Source: Curvularia clavata (Eukaryota). Taken from it: a DNA stretch of 64,000 nucleotides. Shown in pieces: positions 11,973 through 24,422 of this stretch; the first letter of the stretch is position 1; each line of letters starts with the position of its first letter. The notes beneath the pieces were generated by a model. That model was not told the origin of the DNA. It saw only the letters and a program-made list of their open reading frames with translations, and made no database searches. The stretch covers positions 1,860,001 through 1,924,000 of the forward strand of contig CP089278.1 in assembly GCA_023920165.1 (NCBI GenBank). Direction: 5' to 3'. Position numbers and translations under genes: made by a program.

Positions 11973-12016
11973 AAACTTGCTCAGGGACAGATAAGGGGCT
12001 AGAGAAACTTGCTCAA
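11973..12016 (+). promoter_or_regulatory. Tandem candidate copper-response (Mac1-like) elements AAACTTGCTCA upstream of Ctr
   Basis: An identical 11-mer occurs at 11973-11983 and 12005-12015, about 145-185 bp upstream of the Ctr ATG. Its core TTGCTCA resembles the yeast CuRE TTTGC(T/G)C(A/G). Confidence 0.6.
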
Positions 12017-12157
12017 GTACAAGTTCGACACGGACCCCCGCGCGTTTGGTATATCTCCCACTACAAATTGCGCATCGTCTCGTTCACCACCCCACCCCGC
12101 TACTTCTTCTCAGCAATCAACACACCTACTGCTTCATTTCACAGAGAGAGAGAGCAA

Positions 12158-12870
12158 ATGATGAGAGTCGATATGTTAAAGGGGGTGCCCCAAGACTCCA
12201 TGGCATCTGGCGATACGCACAACATGGGCATGGGCAACGGATGCAAGATCAGCGTAAGTAGCCTCTCTTTCTTTCTTTCTTTCTCTCTCTCGGATTCAGT
12301 CATGCACGCAGCAAACTGACCTTGAGCGTGCAATAGATGCTGTGGAACTGGAACGTGGTCGATGCCTGTTTCATCTCCGAGTCGTGGCATATCAAGTCCA
12401 AGGGCATGTTTGCCGGATCGTGTATCGGCGTCATCCTGCTTGTCGTTTTGCTAGAATTCTTGCGCCGCGCGGCCAAGGAGTACGATCATTTTATCGTCAC
12501 ACAGTATAGCAAGACGCTCCACCCGACTACGATTAATGTTTCCTCTTCGGCCTCTTCTTCGGATGCCATTGCGGCTGGCACAAGCAAGGACCCGGTGGCT
12601 GAAGGAGCAGCTCTGCCGGCCAGGGTAGGCGCCGCGAACAAGTTCAGGCCGACTGTGGTTCAACAAGCGCTTCGCGCACTGTTACACACATGCGCATTTG
12701 CAGTGGCATACTTCGTCATGCTGCTGGCCATGTACTACAACGGCTACTTTATCATTTGCATCTTCATCGGAGCATACCTTGGATACTTCATCTTCGGTTG
12801 GGAGAGCTTCAATGTTAGCAAAGGCGGCGAGGATCGCATGCAGGAGAATGCTACCGTATGTTGCGGATAG
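12158..12870 (+). CDS. Ctr-family copper transporter (Ctr3-like), 2 exons
   Basis: Exons 12158-12253 and 12337-12870. Met-rich N-terminus, CKISMLWNW across the junction, LEFLRR, MxxxM (MLLAM) plus YNGY, GxxxG in TM3, and C-terminal CCG. Confidence 0.93.
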
Positions 12871-13252
12871 CACACACGTGTAGTGACATGGGAGAGCTTG
12901 AACGCTGAATGGCAATGCATGACGATATCGGGAACGAGTATGGCTTAGTAGAGGAATCAAACATTATGGTACACAGCACTGGTACACGAGAATTATAATG
13001 AAGTCATTTGCATTTGTATTACCAGCCCCTGTCAACTTGATACTCTTGTAGCCATACTGCATTAGCCACTATATGTGTATTCCCCACATCTCCTTCTCAA
13101 GATGCACATTGTATCGTCGTAGTCTTCGTCATCCCCTCGTCAACTCATCTACGGAAAGTGTTAGCAGGCCATGTCTCCAATGAGAGTATCGTTGAATATC
13201 ACTCACCGAATCGTGTCTTGTGGCTATGCACTGGACCGTAGAATCATGAAGT

Positions 13253-13387
13253 TTATTTGCCCTGAAGCAGTGTTAGCTAATCAACGAGCTGAGGACAAAG
13301 GTGCGGAGAACGTACGGGGCAGCCGTCGCAGTTGCAGGTGGAGCCGCAGTTGCAGGCACCAGAAGCACAGCCGCAGTTACCCTTCAT
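13253..13387 (-). CDS. Copper metallothionein, 26 aa: MKGNCGCASGACNCGSTCNCDGCPGK
   Basis: Exon 1 13387-13316, then a 54-nt intron 13315-13262 (GTACGT...GCTAAC...TTCAG), then exon 2 13261-13253 (GGC AAA TAA). Seven Cys in CxC...CxC...CxCxxC spacing, like Neurospora-type copper metallothionein. CACCATG start context, with TATATAA at 13526-13520. Confidence 0.92.
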
Positions 13388-14177
13388 GGTGATGGTAGTG
13401 TGTTAGGTTGGGTTGTTGAGTTGGTTTTGGAGTGGCTTGAAAAGCGTGATGGTGTTGAGACTTTGTTCGAATTGCTTGTGTGATGGAGGAGAGGCGGAGG
13501 AGATTTTGAAAGCAGAGTCTTATATACCCAAGGTATGCGCGACTTGTGCGGACTTGCCTCTCCGACCGAGGGTCTCTGATCACTGGAACTCTAACGGCCC
13601 GCTTACAGACCCTGGATTTGCTGACGCGGGCATTCCCACTGGCTAGCCATTCCCGTAGACGGATGACTGCATAGAGTAGTCCTCATTGGTGTTCCTGAGG
13701 AGTGATTGGCCTGCGCGCTTTATGCGGTTCCACGGCCCTTGTTGGTGTGGGGTTGAGGCACTTGTGCGGTCTTCTAGCCCCCTCACGTGCCTGGCGCCAC
13801 CCATCTCAACTTAGAGAAAAGTGGAGGTGCACTCTTTGTGCGGCATCAAAGCCAAGAGGCCACCCACTCCGTCTCCGTCTTGGTGTCTGCCTGGCTCCTC
13901 GCAGAAACCGTAAGAATCTTCTCTAGGTCGTTTCCCGCCTGCAGCCAAGACTGTTGGAGGGCAAGGTCTCCACCCTGTGCGCTCGAGAAACGCTCCCAAG
14001 ACCCTGACCTGGGTATATGCCACGGATGATTGTTTCCTACTGGATAATGACAAAGGCCATTATGTGATGAAGCTGCGTGGTGTGTTTGCAACTTTATGAG
14101 ATGCCATATTGGGCCTAGCGTGCACGTGACCCTAAGTAAAAAGTCAAGAAAAACACCACGGCAAGGCAAAAACAAAA

Positions 14178-14296
14178 ACATACGACAGCGGGGATTCGCC
14201 AGTGGTCACCCACCTGACTACTAGTCCGCCGGTCTCGAGCTTAAGTATGATTGATCGAACGGGGAATCCTGCTCCCTCGAGCCTATGGTCGTATGT
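14178..14296 (-). rRNA. Dispersed 5S rRNA gene (divergent variant)
   Basis: 119 nt, ACATACGACCATAGG...TACTTAAG...TAGTAGTCAGGTGGGTGACCACTGGCGAATCCCCGCTGTCGTATGT. The ends are complementary and are followed by oligo-T Pol III terminator runs. Confidence 0.95.
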
Positions 14297-14438
14297 ACTG
14301 GACGGGACACGTTTAATTCTTAATGTTCTCGGTAGCAGCTTTGAGAGACTGAGGAGACTATGGAATCGCTAGTTTGCTGATGGTCACATCTGAGCTTGAG
14401 CGGAGAGTAGTCGACCATACGTGTTGTAGTATTCTGGG

Positions 14439-16936
14439 TCATCCGATGAATTTTCCGCCGCAATAGATACAAGCGTCACAGGCTAGGAAGAGCACACGTC
14501 CCAGCGTCACAGGCAGCTGCCTGGCATCATTCGCTTGCGCCTGTCTTGCATTGCTACCCTGGTCCCGCTCTTGTCCTCTGCTATTCTCTGCGCCCTCCGT
14601 GTCTATCATCACATCCTTCTCTACATCTTTCTTTTCTTCCTTCTCTTCCAAAGTTTCCTGAGCTATCACATATCCATCGCTCAAGAATGGTGTGTTGCAG
14701 ATACCACAGTACTTCGTGATGTTAGGCGCTTGGATAGCGAGGAAGCTCAATCCACATCTTGCGAAACGATGCCCGTTTTCACACGAGGCGGAATTCAAGT
14801 CGGTCAACGGTATAGAGGCAGAGCAAAAGCCGCATCGATCTTCCCATGCAGCCGCAGCTTGCGTTGCATTGTCAACGTCGTCATTCGTAGTATCGCCGAC
14901 CTTGGAAGAGCCTTCGACGCCGGAGTCCCCACCATTCCTTCGATCTGGGCTTCCGGAAGACACATGCCCCATTACGCTGTTGATAAGCTTGATAAGCCGT
15001 TCGTGTTGAGCGACTATCTCTGAACTGAAAGCTGTTTTTACAAGTGATGACGGAAGACGATGCAATGCGTCCGCAAGCCGATACGCTATTAGCGTTCGTT
15101 CAAGATCGCATGATGCCCTAGTCTTGCAAGCTTGAGAGACGAGTATGGTGTAGCGGTCTTTAAGAGTATGCGAGTTGAGAAAGGCGGACATCTTGAATGC
15201 CTTGATCAGTGAGTTGATATCACCCGCATCACTGTACAGAGAAAAATTCTGCTCATGACCTTCGGCCATAGGAGGGTCTGAATAAGACTGAATGAGCTTC
15301 TGGACAATGTTCTCAGCGAACACGGGCATATCATCAGGATCTTCGACCATGTCCTCTGCTAGCTTCCGGATCGTATAACCAACTCCTTCTGCGCTCACAT
15401 TCTTTTTTGGGAACGCTTCCCGTTGTCCGCTGCCATGTCGTAAAGAGCTGATGGCGACTGTCCCGCTTCGGTCTGCAGGTATACCATATTCGATCATGTT
15501 TGACGGATGGACACTATTGCATGCCGCGATGAAGTCGCCTAATGGAGATATTGTTAGGCCCCAGACCTTGGCTTTGCTGTTGCCTTTCAACCCGTTCTTG
15601 ACACTAAAAAGGGCAAGATTGTTCTCAATCTTCTCTCGCCAACTTGGATTGCCGAGGCTTTTCAGTCCTTTTGGATCGACCTCGAGAACAGCTGTCTCGT
15701 TGTGCAGAGTCGATAGCAGTGAGCTTATATGTAAACGAGACACCGGTTCATCGGCGGTACCAGCAGTATCCCACGTCGCGCCAGAAACTTGATCCCACCG
15801 CCCGTCAAGACCATGAGTCGTAGTTTCAATAATCGAGGCGTCGTGAGCAGTTACGGTAAGGCAGACGAGCCCTGCGCTGGTGAAGAGGGCAAGTCTGAGT
15901 CTGTTTCCTTTTTCAACCTTGGGCGACCACTTCATTGGGCCGGCGAATCGCACTTGGAATCCGGGGTATACTACTTCCTTTTCCGCGTAAATACGGTCAT
16001 GTCTAAACGTAACGACTCTTGCCCGCACATCTTGATTTGTAGCATATACAACCACTGAACGATAACTATCGTCGCATGCAATCCACGGGCTCCAGGAAAT
16101 ATGGGATATATACCGTTGTTGCTTTATCAAATCTTCAAACACGTTTGGTTCCGAGCATGTGCCAGCTGGTTTTGGTGACAGAGACTCATGGGCTAAGACC
16201 TCTGCTCTCCAGACTCGCTCAGTTCCCAAGGTTGAAGTAGGAGATTCGACTGCCACAAAGACAAGGTGATTGTCTTCGTTCGAGACAGCCAGGAAATATC
16301 GAGAATACAACAAGCGAGTCCCAACGACACCGATCGCTTCCGAACAAGGCGGAGCGGGTGCCCATGCAAAAGCACGAATGCGACTTCGCAAGCGCAGCTG
16401 TTCTTTGGGCGGCTTTGTCAAGAGACTAGGTTCCTCATTGTAGACCTTGAAATGCTGAAAGAGCGCATCATTGATGATGAGGCGCCGGGACCAGCTCGAT
16501 TCATTTTGTAGCTTGCCTTCGGCTGACCAGATAGCAAGGGTGAGGTTTGAAGTGAGAACAGCAAGGGCGCACCTTCGATGCTTCGCAAGACCAGCGGGTG
16601 ACCACGCAATGCTGAGGGGAGCGCTATTGGAGATTTCTTCGCCAATCGAATAATTGGGTAACGGAGCGAGCTCTTTGAGTGGCAGCTCGTCTAGTGAGAA
16701 AAGAGGTACCTTGAGGGGGACATGCTGCCATTGTGGAAGGACTTGGTCTCTTTCAAAATCAACAGTGTTTGGAAACTACATTGCGATCAGCAGGACCATC
16801 ATGAAGTGCCTTACTAGACGAAACATACAAGTAGCTCTACACGCTCGTCAGACGCTAGTGCAATAATGCCGTCTGGTGACCAGTCGATCGCATCCACGCA
16901 CGCTGGCCAGCACCTCAGCACTGTCACGTCCGACAT
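14439..16936 (-). CDS. Transcription factor IIIC subunit (90 kDa/delta-type: N-terminal beta-propeller plus C-terminal zinc finger), 2 exons
   Basis: Exons 16936-16829 and 16775-14439 join in frame. N-terminal WS.DG.IA and IAWSPAG motifs. C-terminal CxxC...CENGHRFARC...CxxC...CIYCGGKF zinc finger. Confidence 0.8.
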
Positions 16937-17312
16937 GACCGTTTACAAAGCCTCGAAGTTGATGGTTTGCGCAGTCTGGCGGGTTTGATCATGACTTTAG
17001 CAGTCAAGGAATGCGAGCAGGGTCTGACTAGCGCATCGTCGTGTGACTTTTCCGCACTGAAAAGTAGAGTTATCGAAAATAGAACAGAAGATTTCGATCT
17101 GGCAATGTCGACAAAACTTAGTTTGAATCGCTGTACAATTGAGCAAAATCTAAGACTACGGCGAGATTTCTTGGCCGGCCCAGGGTCGCGTTGAGACGAT
17201 TATGGCTAGCGCGCATCTTATCGATTGAGATCAACGCCGACCGCCGACGAAAAAAGTGATTTTTCCATCATCCTCTGCTACTCCTGCACAGAGAGCATTG
17301 CGCATCGACAAA

Positions 17313-19223
17313 ATGGGAAAACGCCCAATTTCCGACGTTGTCGCCGAAGATGGCGCGACCACTCTCCCTGAAATCTCAAGAAAGAAGAGCAAGAAAGACA
17401 AGAGCAAGAAGCTCAGCAAATCCGCTGCCGTCGACGCGACAGAGACCAACGGCCACACAGAGGACGTGGTGAACGGCAAGAGTGCGGACGGTTCAGAAGA
17501 CGAAAGCAAGCTGTCAAAGGCTGAGCGCAAGGCGGCAAAGAAGGCTAAGAAAGAGGCCAAGGAGGCAAAGAAGGCGAAGAAGGCGGCAGCAGAGGCCGAA
17601 GTGCAAGAGCCCAATGGCACCGTTGCTGAAGACAAAGAGACCATAAAGGCCACAGAGAAGGCAGCACGGAAGGCAGAGAAGAAGCGCCAGAAGGCGCTGG
17701 CCAAGGGTGAAGACGCTACCGAGTCGACACCCTCATCAACGTCCACACCAGCCACCGCCAGCGTGGAGCCTGCAGCGACCAACGAGACAAGCGCAGAGCC
17801 GGGACAATATGAGGAGAGCAAGGAACTCAGGCAGCTTCCTCAATCAGAGATTGATGCTTTTCTCTCCAAGAACACCACGGTCATCCAGGATCCCAAGCCT
17901 GCTGCCCGCGCGCTTCGTCCCATCTTGAACTTCAAGTACCTGCCTGTAGACGATACGCTTCGCGCCTTTTTCTCCAAATTTAGCGCTCCCACGCCTATTC
18001 AAGCAGCAACATGGCCGTTCTTGCTGTCAGGAAGAGACATGGTTGGTGTTGCCGAGACTGGTTCTGGCAAGACTTTGGCATTTGGTGTCCCGTGCGTGCG
18101 CAACATTGCGTCGCTGCCCAAAGACAAACGGAAGGGTATCAAGGCCGTCATTGTCTCGCCTACGCGTGAGCTGGCGGTTCAGATCTACGACCAATTGGTA
18201 GCTTTGGCTACACCCGTCGGGCTTTCAGTAGTCTGTGTGTATGGTGGTGTGCCAAAAGACCCACAGGTGGCTGCTTGCCGCAAAGCACATATTGTGGTCG
18301 CTACGCCAGGTCGTCTCAACGACCTCATTAGCGATGGCTCCGCGGATCTTAGCAAAGCCGAGTATGTGGTCCTTGACGAGGCCGATCGCATGCTTGACAA
18401 GGGCTTCGAAGAAGCAATCCGACAGATCATCTCGCAGACGCCCAAGAAGCGCCAAACGCTCATGTTCACCGCTACTTGGCCCCCTTCAGTTCGGGATCTT
18501 GCAAACACTTTCATGAGCTCGCCTGTCAGGATTACCATCGGCGACAATCAGTCGGGTGAGCTCCGTGCCAACGTGCGTATCAAGCAGGTGGTTGAAGTCC
18601 TGGACCCGCGCGCCAAGGAGCAGCGTCTCCTCCAGCTGCTTAAACAGTACCAATCAGGCAAAAACAAGGACGACCGTATCCTCGTTTTCTGCTTGTACAA
18701 GAAGGAAGCAGTGCGCATAGAGAATTTTATTCGCATGAAGGGCTTCCGCGTGGGTGGCATTCACGGCGATTTGAGCCAAGAAAAGCGCAGTGCTTCACTT
18801 GCGGCGTTCAAGGAAGGCCACGTGCCGCTCCTCGTGGCAACTGATGTAGCTGCTCGGGGACTCGACATTCCGGCCGTCAAGGTTGTCATTAACGTCACGT
18901 TCCCACTGACCGCTGAGGATTACGTGCACCGGATTGGCAGAACGGGTCGTGCCGGCAAGGAGGGTCTGGCCATCACATTGTTCACGGAACACGACAAGGC
19001 GCTTTCTGGCTCGTGAGTGACCATTGCAACAACTCAACAATATGAATCGGAAACTGACAAGTCTCGCAGATTGATCAATGTCCTCAAGGCAGCAAACCAA
19101 CCTGTGCCCGAAGAGCTGATGAAGTTTGGCACCACGGTCAAGAAGAAGGAACACGGTGCTTACGGTGCCTTCTACAAAGACACGGAAAATGCCAAAGCTG
19201 CGACGAAGATTACTTTTGACTAA
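17313..19223 (+). CDS. DBP3: ATP-dependent DEAD-box RNA helicase DBP3, 2 exons
   Basis: Lys-rich N-terminus, [23 protein letters not shown] and [10 protein letters not shown]. An intron at 19013-19069 joins to [28 protein letters not shown]...KITFD. Confidence 0.95.
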
Positions 19224-20426
19224 GCACTATAGACTTTAGTAGTAGTATATGTTTGATGCATAGAACCCGAACCTGGTAGACAAACTGGTCGGCGAAGTAA
19301 GCATGTTAGAGCCGGGATACAGTGGGGTGATCGACTTTTGGGTACTGCAGCAATTGTCTAGCGGAGGCGTCTCGGGCCAAGCAAAAAGAGCATTTGGGAT
19401 AGAGCCCGTGTGTGCATAGTAGACTACGGTTCGTCATCATATGTACGTTTAGCTAGCTTGTATGCTGTTGCTGTTGCTGTTCTAAGATAATCTTGATGGT
19501 TTCTTTTTCTTTCCTCACCTAGACTAGAAGGCATACTTTCGGATCGCTACACTGTCCCGTATAGTGTTTGTAGACGTGCGGCGTTCCCTGTACCCATTTC
19601 AATCAGTTTCAAAAGAAGATATATCAAGTCATATCCTGAATGATGCCATGACAACATCAAATGTCTCCCTTCAGGCGACCATAGGATTTGAAATGTCTCG
19701 CAGCCATGGGCGCCGCCACAAGGGGGGCCGCGCTGTCTGTCTACGCAGCACACCATGGCGGCCGACGACGCAATGCACTTACTAGCCCGGTGGACCTCGA
19801 CCAGCCGTGTCGACCCAACGAAGGTCTCTGGAAAGAGAGAAAAAAAGCAAACAGTATGCCAAAGTATTTCTGATGTCATGTGGAAATAAACTTCGACGAC
19901 TCACCGTCTCTCTGTATATGTGTGTGGAGGTGTGTCTATTACCCATACAGTGGATGCACATGCACACAAAAGCGGTCTAGTAACCCCTTTGCTCAAGCCC
20001 CCAAAAATACGGAAGACAAGTTTCCTGTGCAGACGCCTCATCCGTGAGCTAAGGGTCGTGGTAAGCCATGCAGTTGGGTAGAAAAAGAGGGTTTCGAGAC
20101 CGACTTCGCCGAAAGTGGTCGCCGACTATGGTTCGGAGAAAAGCGTGGGCGGACCAATCAGGGCCGAGCAAAAGCTGGTCGCATTGGACCACATGGAAAT
20201 GGGAGCAGAAGGGTCCCCGAGATGGGGGTGTGGGAAGATGAGATTGGCTCATGTCGTAGGGAGATACGTATGGTTTCTTGTCAAAGGAAGGGGCGGAGGA
20301 ATACATATATGAGGGGAGGGTTCGTTCATCCAACAACCACTTGGGAACATTACTCGTCAGACTGTTAACATCGACACACACTGCTACATACGAAGCCTAC
20401 TTGGAACGTATAACCAAACACTCATC

Positions 20427-20713
20427 ATGTGCAAGAAAGCTTCCTGCGACTCGTGCCGTACGTCTTCCCTGTTCGCTGTTGAAACATGTTGTCTACACCC
20501 AGGTAGACAAGTTCGCAAGCGGCTATGTCACGTCTTTTTTTTTTGCTCAAGCATTGCTAACAAGGTGCAGACAAGTCGACCTGGTGGGGTTGCGGAAAGC
20601 ACGTTGCTGGTGTCATGGAGACCATCCCCTCAGAGGAGTGGTGCACATGCGCACCACGTATTGAGCAAGAGGGAAGACAATACCCGCCAAAGGGCTCACT
20701 GGCATCGGCATGA
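20427..20713 (+). CDS. Small Cys-rich protein, 57 aa, 2 exons: MCKKASCDSCHKSTWWGCGKHVAGVMETIPSEEWCTCAPRIEQEGRQYPPKGSLASA
   Basis: Exon 1 20427-20457, intron 20458-20570 (GTACGT...GCTAAC...GCAG), exon 2 20571-20713. Good CATCATG start context. Six Cys and two His in a CxxC...WxGCGxH...CxC arrangement. Confidence 0.8.
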
Positions 20714-22266
20714 CTCCCGGCATGGTTAATTGGGCCGAAGAAGTCAATGGCAGGATCGTGATATCAGCATGTCTGCCATGTCAGCCTGTCAAGTCCAAGG
20801 GGAAAATGGAGCATTGAAAGTGCGAATGGCGTTTGAAGGTGTAAAGGTATAATAATGGTGTTTTTGGCCGTGGGGGACCACGTGGATTTCTGGACAGGAC
20901 TTAGCAACCTAGCAATATATATTACCCAGTTCCTAAAACAAATGATTGCTGAACAAGATTGGTGCTTGAGTGCGGTACACTTGATAGTGAGGCGAGGCGA
21001 GACAAGCAGCGATGTTACACGACGACAGGTGGGTTTGCGACCTGTCGTTCTGGCGGGACCTTGCAGTTGTGCTCACTCTTGTGCGCCCATGGGCATGGAA
21101 CAGGGTGGTGCGGCATGTGGGCTTGGTCCCTCACGGATAGCAAAGTGGACGGGGGCGCACTTTGGTTCCCGCCCGGGTCCATTGCCGTTTGAAACAGGTT
21201 CTGGAAAGCCGCCGGGGCTCTAGTAGCATGAAACAGACGTGGCGATGATGGCCAATGTACCCATGCGAGTCTGTGTGGGAGATCAGGCACAGAAGGGAGG
21301 CGCGTATACCGCGATGATAAGACGTGGCGCAGAGAGTCGGACCCGGCGTGGTGGTGAGGGGCCAATGAGTCCGGGAGAAGGGGATGCCGCTTGGTGAGGC
21401 TGGTCTCATAATGGGCCTGCTAAGTATAGCCGTTGCAAGCGTGGAACCAGGCGCTGCAGGCGACCCGTTTCAGCCATTTGCCCTACGGCGGCGGCCCCTA
21501 GATGATAGGCGTGACGAGGGGACTGGCGAAACGACGTGATGACGGGCGGGCGTGGTGACTCGCCCAGTCCACACGGCGGCTGGGTCAGACGGCGGCTAGC
21601 CAGCGAGCGGCAGAGTATATTTTGGCCGTCGTCCATGGGGTTGCTGTAGCATGTTGGTGTTGACTGAGTGCTAGTCGCGGTCCTGCAATAGATTGTGCCT
21701 GGGCGACCCCGCCATCCCACCTGCCGACCTGGTAGGGAGCACTGGTAGACACGACGCCGCCATAGTAGTAGTGTTGTTAGCAGCAGCTACAGCAACCGCA
21801 CAAGACAACAGAAGACCATCCACCTGTCAACGCCTCCATCGACGCGGCGGGCCAGACACCATCACCACGCCACAAGCCACGGCATCCCGCCACGCACCCT
21901 TGGTCCCGCTCCCGTGCCCTTCAAGCATCCAGCTGCGACTGATTGACTTGGCAGACAATACCACAGACGCTGCCCCACCATCCGCCCTCCCCTTTCTGTC
22001 ACCGCCTGACTCCTCTCCACCTTGCGACTCGTGAGCAGCAGCATCCCAACTCAACCTGCCCGCGACGACGCTACACGACCGAAACTTTGGTCCCTCGACG
22101 ACTCCTACTGGCAGAGCAGCTGACGAGCGGCTGCCTGCGAGCGACGGGTAAGTCGTGCACCCCTCGACCCAAGGGAGCCACACGTCGAATGTGCACGGCA
22201 CCGGCGCCTAGAGTGTCTAGCCGCCGCCGCCATTTGCACTGCTGCTAAATGCTGCGCATCATGAAT

Positions 22267-22302
22267 GCTGCTACTGCTGCTGCTGCTAGTACTGCTGCTG
22301 CT
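22267..22302 (+). repeat. Imperfect (CTG/CTA)n trinucleotide microsatellite
   Basis: gctgctactgctgctgctgctagtactgctgctgct, lying in the putative 5' UTR intron of the MAPK gene. Confidence 0.75.
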
Positions 22303-22611
22303 GGCCCTGCCGCGCAAAGAAGCACGTGGGGCTGAACTCAGCGTCTGACACAGCGCCGTTTCACCATGGGCGCCCAAAGCACACCCTCCGTATTGTGAAC
22401 AATGCCTGTTTGATGACATCTGGAGCCTGTGCTGACCATCACTACTCACAGCTTTCCTCTCATCGCTCCGCATCCTCTGAGTCTCTTCACTCAATTGCCC
22501 GCCTCCAAACAATCGCAACCCCGCTGCCAACACCTGAGCACCACCACCACCACTACCACCTCGCCTGCCTGCCTGTCTCCACCGCGCACTCGCGCATCCC
22601 ACCCACAATAA

Positions 22612-23886
<1,275 letters not shown>

Positions 23887-24422
23887 ACCTTGACGTGTCC
23901 AACTTTTGCGCGAGATTAATACAAGATACCACGATCGCGTCGAATTCCGCAACTCGCCCGCAGCTAGCTGGTCTGAGCGCATTCACCATGTGAGAAATGG
24001 CGTACCATGTTCCCATCATTTGGATTTCTAGCAGAAGAAACACATTAGCAGTGACAGCACAAAGGCGTGCGGATATAAGCTTGAGCTTGAATGTTTACTG
24101 TAAAGACTTTTGTACCATCGCAATATGAGATGGCAGCCGGCAGAAATGCATGCTTCTTCGCGACTTGATTGTTTATCTTGGTGCTTTTGTTCGCGGTGCA
24201 CGAGGCAGTCTCATACTAGGCTCGGTATATGTGTATTGTTTCATGGCCATTGAACGCCTCCAAATGCCTTTGTCTTGTTATTTATACAAGAGTAGTGATA
24301 CTCATCCTCGCTATGCAGATACAAACGTTGCCCATTATACACATGATCGTACACATCGCCCCATGTCTCCAATCCACGCGGCTTGCTTTTTTTCTTTCTT
24401 TTCTTATCTTCAAATCTTAGAA

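Noticed and set aside
13600..13630. TTTGCTGAC as an Ace1-type site upstream of the metallothionein
   Set aside because: Only a short GCTG core with an imperfect flank is present, which is too weak to call.
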